DNA from: Macrostomum lignano
Lineage: Eukaryota
DNA length: 64,000 nt
Assembly (NCBI GenBank): GCA_002269645.1
Contig: NIVC01000349.1
Coordinates: 186,001 to 250,000, forward strand
Direction: 5' to 3'
Position numbers and translations under genes: made by a program. How positions within the stretch are numbered: position 1 is the stretch's first letter; each line of letters starts with the position of its first letter. Shown in pieces: positions 58,300-64,000 of this stretch. Below the pieces are notes generated by a model that was not told where the DNA came from, made no database searches, and saw nothing but the letters and a program-made list of their open reading frames with translations.

Positions 58300-59174
58300 A
58301 TCCAAGGCCCTAATGTTAATCGCAGGACAACAGATCTGGTTTCCAATCCAGGTATCGAAGAGGTCCCTCCCCAGCAGGCAGGGCAGCGGTTCTTGGCCAG
58401 TTTGAACTTAAAAGAAACGCAGCCAGTGTCACGCCGGCGGATCGCTAGCATCTGCCAGTAATTTGGGGGCCACAGAGATGCCTTCCAGGCGCTGCATGCA
58501 GACTTTGCTGCTGATGAGGCAAAGATGCTGACTGGGCGCAGCTTCCTATGCGGAATTTATTATAAGAACGGAAACTGCACCGCACTGCACTGCACACTGT
58601 TAATAGTCTGCCCCTTGCCTGTGCTAACACTCCATTTGGTGTGCATCAGCTGTTCCACTGATCTGGGTCCGAGTTGCTTAATTCACACAAGTGAAACTCA
58701 ATGCTGCATGGAATTTTTATTGCTAGCATTGAACACAAAACGGCCAAACTTTAAAGATCCTTTTTTTATAGCCGCCATCCATGGAGGACGCGAAGGCCTG
58801 TTGTTAAAAGCATTTTTTGTTATAAAACTCTGACACAAACTCTGGCACAACTGGGCACTTTACTGAAGCAGTGATTCCGCTTTTGCAGAGAATTATATAG
58901 GACTCACACGCAAACTGCTGTAGAGTTAATTGAAAACTAACAGTTAATTACTGAGCTAATTATCTATAATAGACATGTCATTGCATATTAATTCGAATGA
59001 ATGAGATGTGGAGTAATGTAGTTCTTTACTGAATCAATTGACGAGTGATGCTCTGTGTTCTGTGTTGTAGGATAATTGTTCATTGTGCTGTCTTTGGGGA
59101 GCAGAGGCTTCACTGAGGAATTGCTATTGAGGAGGCGCCATTTCATCTGGGATGGCTTCATTTCATTTTCCCCA

Positions 59175-59632
59175 GCATCAGAGGCGCCAGCACCAGAGGC
59201 GCCAGCACCAGAGGCGCCAGCACCAGAGGCGCCAGCACCAGAGGCGCCAGCACCAGAGGCGCCAGCACCAGAGGCGCCAGCACCAGAGGCGCCAGCACCA
59301 GAGGCGCCAGCACCAGAGGCGCCAGCACCAGAGGCGCCAGCACCAGAGGCGCCAGCACCAGAGGCGCCAGCACCAGAGGCGCCAGCACCAGAGGCGCCAG
59401 CACCAGAGGCGCCAGCACCAGAGGCGCCAGCACCAGAGGCGCCAGCACCAGAGGCGCCAGCACCAGAGGCGCCAGCACCAGAGGCGCCAGCACCAGAGGC
59501 GCCAGCACCAGAGGCGCCAGCACCAGAGGCGCCAGCACCAGAGGCGCCAGCACCAGAGGCGCCAGCACCAGAGGCGCCAGCACCAGAGGCGCCAGCACCA
59601 AAGGCGCCAGAACCAGAGGCGCCAGCACCAGA
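59175..59632. repeat. 15-bp minisatellite (CAGCACCAGAGGCGC)n, about 30 copies
   Basis: Near-perfect array. Confidence 0.96.
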
Positions 59633-60699
59633 AACGCTAGTTCATTTTACCGGCGCCAAAGTCATAGCAAGGGGCCTCAATATACTTTCGGCAGCTCATT
59701 TGAGGTGTCAGCGGCCCCATCTACCCTTCCCCAAAGGCAGGAACAGGACTCTCCTTTGTTCAACTAAACAAAGACTGAGTTGGCTGCAGCCGCACCTCAC
59801 AGCCCTGGCAAATTATAGAAAATACAGCAGAAAGATAATTGGCCCCAAAAAATTTGAAGTGGAAAATTTCTTTAATAAGGAAAGAAGCTATAAGGCCACT
59901 CTTACCGGCAATTATTACCAAAGAAGAGCTGCTTTGCTCCCAAATCCAGTCAGTCTGCTTATAAGCTTGATGGAGCCAGCAGCCCTCAGGCTGCGACAGG
60001 CGCGCAGGCAAGGCAGACAGGCAGACAGACAGAGACACAGAGGCAGCAGATGAAGCTGAGACGAAGTGAGTTTGAGCCCCAGACTCCCTGGCGACTCTGT
60101 CCCTCCCCCTACCCGCTTTAGTCTGAATATTATTATTGCTAATCTGCAATTGTGCTCCGAGACAATGTGTGTGTATAGAGAGAGAGAGAGAGAGAGCTTA
60201 TATTGAGTCGACTCTAGCAGAAAGACAGACCTGAGGCGTGGGGTGGTTGCTAGGGCGAGGCTAGAAGGACAGGGTGGGAGATGTCTAAAAACGAAAATGG
60301 GGGGGGGATTTAGCCGTCACGTCAAGGCTTCTGATGCTGAGCATGGTTGCTTGAGTTGTGCTGTACCAACCATTGGCAGCCTAAGATCCCCCCTCCCTAA
60401 TCTCGTTTCGCAAAAAATTCTTATTTGTTAAATACCTTTGTTAAAATATAGTCAGGTGGGAGAGAAAGGCTGGAGCCAGGAGAAATCAGCGGATTGGGAT
60501 AGGGAGAGGGAGAGAGAGATGCAGCACGCAATTTCTAGTTGGGGGATTTGAATTTTAGCGAGGATCCAGATCAGGGACAACTAGAGTTGTGATCTGGAAT
60601 AGCGGATTCTAAGTTTTCGTAAAATCCTCCGATGTTGGAATGTTGAGCTTTTTAAAAACATTTGTCGGAACCAGATTACTTTAATAGGAATAGGCTGGG

Positions 60700-61465
60700 C
60701 AGGTGTCAGGAGAGTCAAGAGGCAGGGGTCAGGAGAGTCAAGAGGCAGGGGTCATGAGAGTCAAGAGGCGACTCTTCTGTCAGGAGAGTCAAGAGGCAGG
60801 TGTCAGGAGAGTCAAGAGGCAGGTGTCAGGAGAGTCAAGAGGCGGGTGTCAGGAGAGTCAAGAAGCGGGTGTCAGGAGAGTCAAGAGGCGGGTGTCAGGA
60901 GAGTCAAGAGGCGGGTGTCAGAACAGTCAAGAGGCGGGTGTCAGAACAGTCAAGAGGCGGGTGTCAGGAGAGTCAAGAAGCGGGTGTTAGGAGAGTCAAG
61001 AGGCGGGTGTCAGGAGATTCAAGAGGCGGGTGTCAGGAGAGTCAAGAGGCGGGTGTCAGGAGAGTCGAGAGGCGGGTGTCAGGAGAGTCAAGAGGCGGGT
61101 GTCAGGAGAGTCAAGAGGCGGGTGTCAGGAGAGTCAAGAGGCGGGTGTCAGGAGAGTCAAGAGGCGGGTGTCAGGAGAGTCAAGAAGCGGGTGTTAGGAG
61201 AGTCAAGAGGCGGGTGTCAGGAGAGTCAAGAGATGGGTGTCAGGAGAGTCAAGAGGCGGGTGTCAGGAGAGTCAAGAGGCGGGTGTCAGGAGAGTCAAGA
61301 GTCGGATGTCAGGAGAGTCAAGAGGCGGGTGTCAGGAGAGTCAAGAGGCGGGTGTCAGGAGAGTCAAGAGGCGGGTGTCAGGAGAGTCAAGAGGCGGGTG
61401 TCAGGAGAGTCTAGAAGCGGGTGTCAGGACAGTCAAGAGGCGGGTGTCAGGAGAGTCAAGAGAGA
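60700..61465. repeat. 23-bp minisatellite (GTCAGGAGAGTCAAGAGGCGGGT)n, array 1
   Basis: Directly visible. Confidence 0.94.
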
Positions 61466-62179
61466 GGACAGTCATTTGAATTTAGATTAAAAATCCAAAC
61501 TTTCAAAGGCTAAATGGCTACAAAAATGCTTAAACACCTATAAGGAACTTGGAGAATTGTGGTGACTCCAGTTTCTGTCTCCAAGGGCTTCATGGCTAAC
61601 GGGGAAGGGAAGTCAGTAGAGGAAGGCAGCTGGAGATTGACAAGTATATTACATCTTTTCTTAAGCTATTAACTTGAGCGGAGTTGAGAATTGCCGGTCA
61701 GCCACGCAGCTCCAGTGGTGGCGCTGGATGAAATTTTCTGCCCTGACGGGGGGCGGAGCTGCAAGGCCGTCATCTGTGCCAAAACTTTTTTTTAGATTTT
61801 ATCTTGGACATATATTATATGGAAGTCCTTCCCTACGTTCATTCATTATGCATCTCTGCTTTTTGGCGACGGCGATGGACTGACAGGAGCAGGTAGGGAT
61901 GGACACAGTGCTATCAATAAGAGTGACTGCAGTTTTTTTTGCCTCTCGCCCAGTTGTCAATCATCCATGCTGAATGCAGGTGGGGTGACTGCGTTTTACT
62001 ATTGAGCTGCCTGTGTCACCATGCAAACACTTTGGCTTTGATCTTGTGGACTGAGTGAGGCTGTCTCAGTGACCTGTGTTCGATAGATTTCATAATGCAG
62101 TGGTAAGTACAATACTTGTTGAAGGCATTCGTTCAGCATATGGGGCCTGTGGGGGTCAAGAAGGGCCAAGGGGGAGTTT

Positions 62180-63090
62180 TCAGGAGAGTCAAGAGGTGGA
62201 TGTCAGTAGAGTCAAAAGGCAGGTGTCAGGAGAGTCAAGAGGTGGATGTCAGGAGAGTCAAAAGGCGGATGTCAGGAGAGTCAATAGGCGGATGTCAGGA
62301 GAGTCAAGAGATGGGTGTCAGGAGGGTCATGAGGCGGGTGTCAGGAGGGTCAAGAGGCGGGTGAGAGGAGAGTCAAGAGGCGGGTGTCAGGAGAGTCAAG
62401 AGGCGGGTGTCAGGAGAGTCAAGAAGCGGGTGTTAGGAGAGTCAAGAGGCGGGTGTCAGGAGAGTCAAGAGGCGGGTGTCAGGAGAGTCAAGAGGCGGGT
62501 GTCAGGAGAGTCGAGAGGCGGGTGTCAGGAGAGTCAAGAAGCGGGTGTTAGGAGAGTCAAGAGGCGGGTGTCAGGAGAGTCAAGAGGCGGTTGTCAGGAG
62601 AGTCAAGAGGCGGGTGTCAGGAGAGTCAAGAGGCGGGTGTCAAGAGAGTCAAGAAGCGGGTGTCAGGACAGTCAAGAGGTGGGTGTCAGGAGAGTCAAGA
62701 GGCGGGTGTCAGGAGAATCAAGAGGTGGGTGTCAGAACAGTCAAGAGGCGGGTGAGAGGAGAGTCAAGAGGCGGGTGAGAGGAGAGTCAAGAAGCGGGTG
62801 TCAGGAGAGTCGAGAGGCGGGTGTCAGGAGGGTCAAGAAGCGGGTGTCAGGAGAGTCAAGAGGCGGGTGTCAGAACAGTCAAGAGGCGGGTGAGAGGAGA
62901 GTCAAGAGGCGGGTGTCAGGAGAGTCAAGAGGCGGGTGTCAGGAGAGTCAAGAGGCAGGTGTCAGGAGAGTCAAGAGGCAGGGGTTAGGAGAGTCAAGAG
63001 GCGACTCTTCTGTCAGGAGAGTCAAGAGGCGGGTGTCAGGAGGGTCAAAAGGCAGGTGTCAGGAGGGTCAAAAGGCAGGTGTCAGGAGGG
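62180..63090. repeat. 23-bp minisatellite, array 2
   Basis: Same unit as 60700-61465. Confidence 0.94.
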
Positions 63091-63798
63091 CCCAGTGTCA
63101 TGTCAATCATGTCAATTGGTTCGGAGGATAAATGAGGCAGTATTGAAATGAAATTTCTATTTAATAATGCGACAAGGATGTTTACATATAGCGTAAGAAT
63201 TATAAACACGCATTTTCACCTTTTCTGCACAAGGACCACTAAGAGTCGAAGAAGCTGTTAGGCATTTGTCTTTGGCAATAAAGTTGAAATTTTGCTTTTC
63301 TAAAAAAGTTTTCTAGTCCTCCTGACTAATCCACAACTGTAGCAAGATGTTCCGCCTGCTTTAAACAAAAATTTCACTGCAAATTCCGCAGCTTTTGCTT
63401 TGATGAAGGGCAGTCAGGAAGTGCTTTTCAGCGTCTAATTAACGAAATCTGCGGTAGGTGTAAAATCACGATTTGTTATAACGTGACGAACGGCAAAACC
63501 GGAAGTTGCGCTCCGTTTTCGACTTTCAGTTTTTGTTGCCGGAAAAGTGTTTGGTTTTATAACTGAAGTGAGGCCGCTGTTTCCCGAAAAGATTCAGGCC
63601 TTCCTGCCTTAGTGGGAAACTGAGGGGTGTAGGGTTTTGTTCTTTCTAAGAAAGCGCCTTTCATTTCAGATCCTAATATAGCTTCAATTGAGGGTTTCAT
63701 CCCCGCAATCAATTTGCAGCTTTTAATTAGTGGCCTCATGATGAGGCATCTCGCCGTCTCATTTAGCTATTCGATAACAACTTCGATAACGAGCGAGC

Positions 63799-64000
63799 CT
63801 GACACAAATACTGTACCCACTGAAACTAATCTGACACAAATACTGTACCCACTGAAACTAATCTGTCACAAATACTGTACCCACTGAAACTAATCTGACA
63901 CAAATACTGTACCCACTGAAACTAATCTGACACAAATACTGTACCCACTGAAACTAATCTGTCACAAATACTGTACCCACTGAAACTAATCTGACACAAA
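63799..64000. repeat. 32-bp minisatellite (CTG(A/T)CACAAATACTGTACCCACTGAAACTAAT)n, running off the window
   Basis: About six copies visible. Confidence 0.93.

Noticed and set aside
60703-63151. Arg/Gly/Ser-rich ORFs
   Set aside because: Three-unit (69-nt) periodic translations of the 23-bp minisatellite.
63150-63798. Possible gene fragment or promoter (CCGGAAGT motif near 63499)
   Set aside because: No convincing ORF or homology by eye; a single motif is insufficient.

Overview
Repeat-rich invertebrate animal (eukaryotic) genomic DNA with GT-AG introns; its style resembles a free-living flatworm such as Macrostomum, which is a guess. No rRNA, tRNA or CRISPR was seen. Host genes: two intronless C-type-lectin/LamG-like paralogs (1-1206, 28174-29940/30063), an intronless rhodopsin-class GPCR, a 4-exon divergent SLC17-family MFS transporter (-), a 3-exon eIF3g (-) and a 3-exon protocadherin (-). 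The protocadherin's large intron holds one of the lectin genes and a Penelope-like retroelement with a hammerhead ribozyme. The right half is dominated by two near-identical ~11.2-kb CACTA/EnSpm (CMC) DNA transposons (34386-45537 and 46221-57391). They have CCCAGTGG termini and different target-site duplications, so they are independent insertions. Each carries an intact 675-aa transposase, a divergently transcribed 6-exon ORF2, nested MITEs and a 1028-bp inverted duplication of the transposase 3' end. That inverted duplication is a built-in hairpin reminiscent of maize Mu killer, and its 509-bp spacer has poly(A) signals in one orientation only. Most introns and intergenic spaces are filled with distinct mini/microsatellites, and most long ORFs in the six-frame track are artefacts of these. 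All alignments and counts were done by eye.
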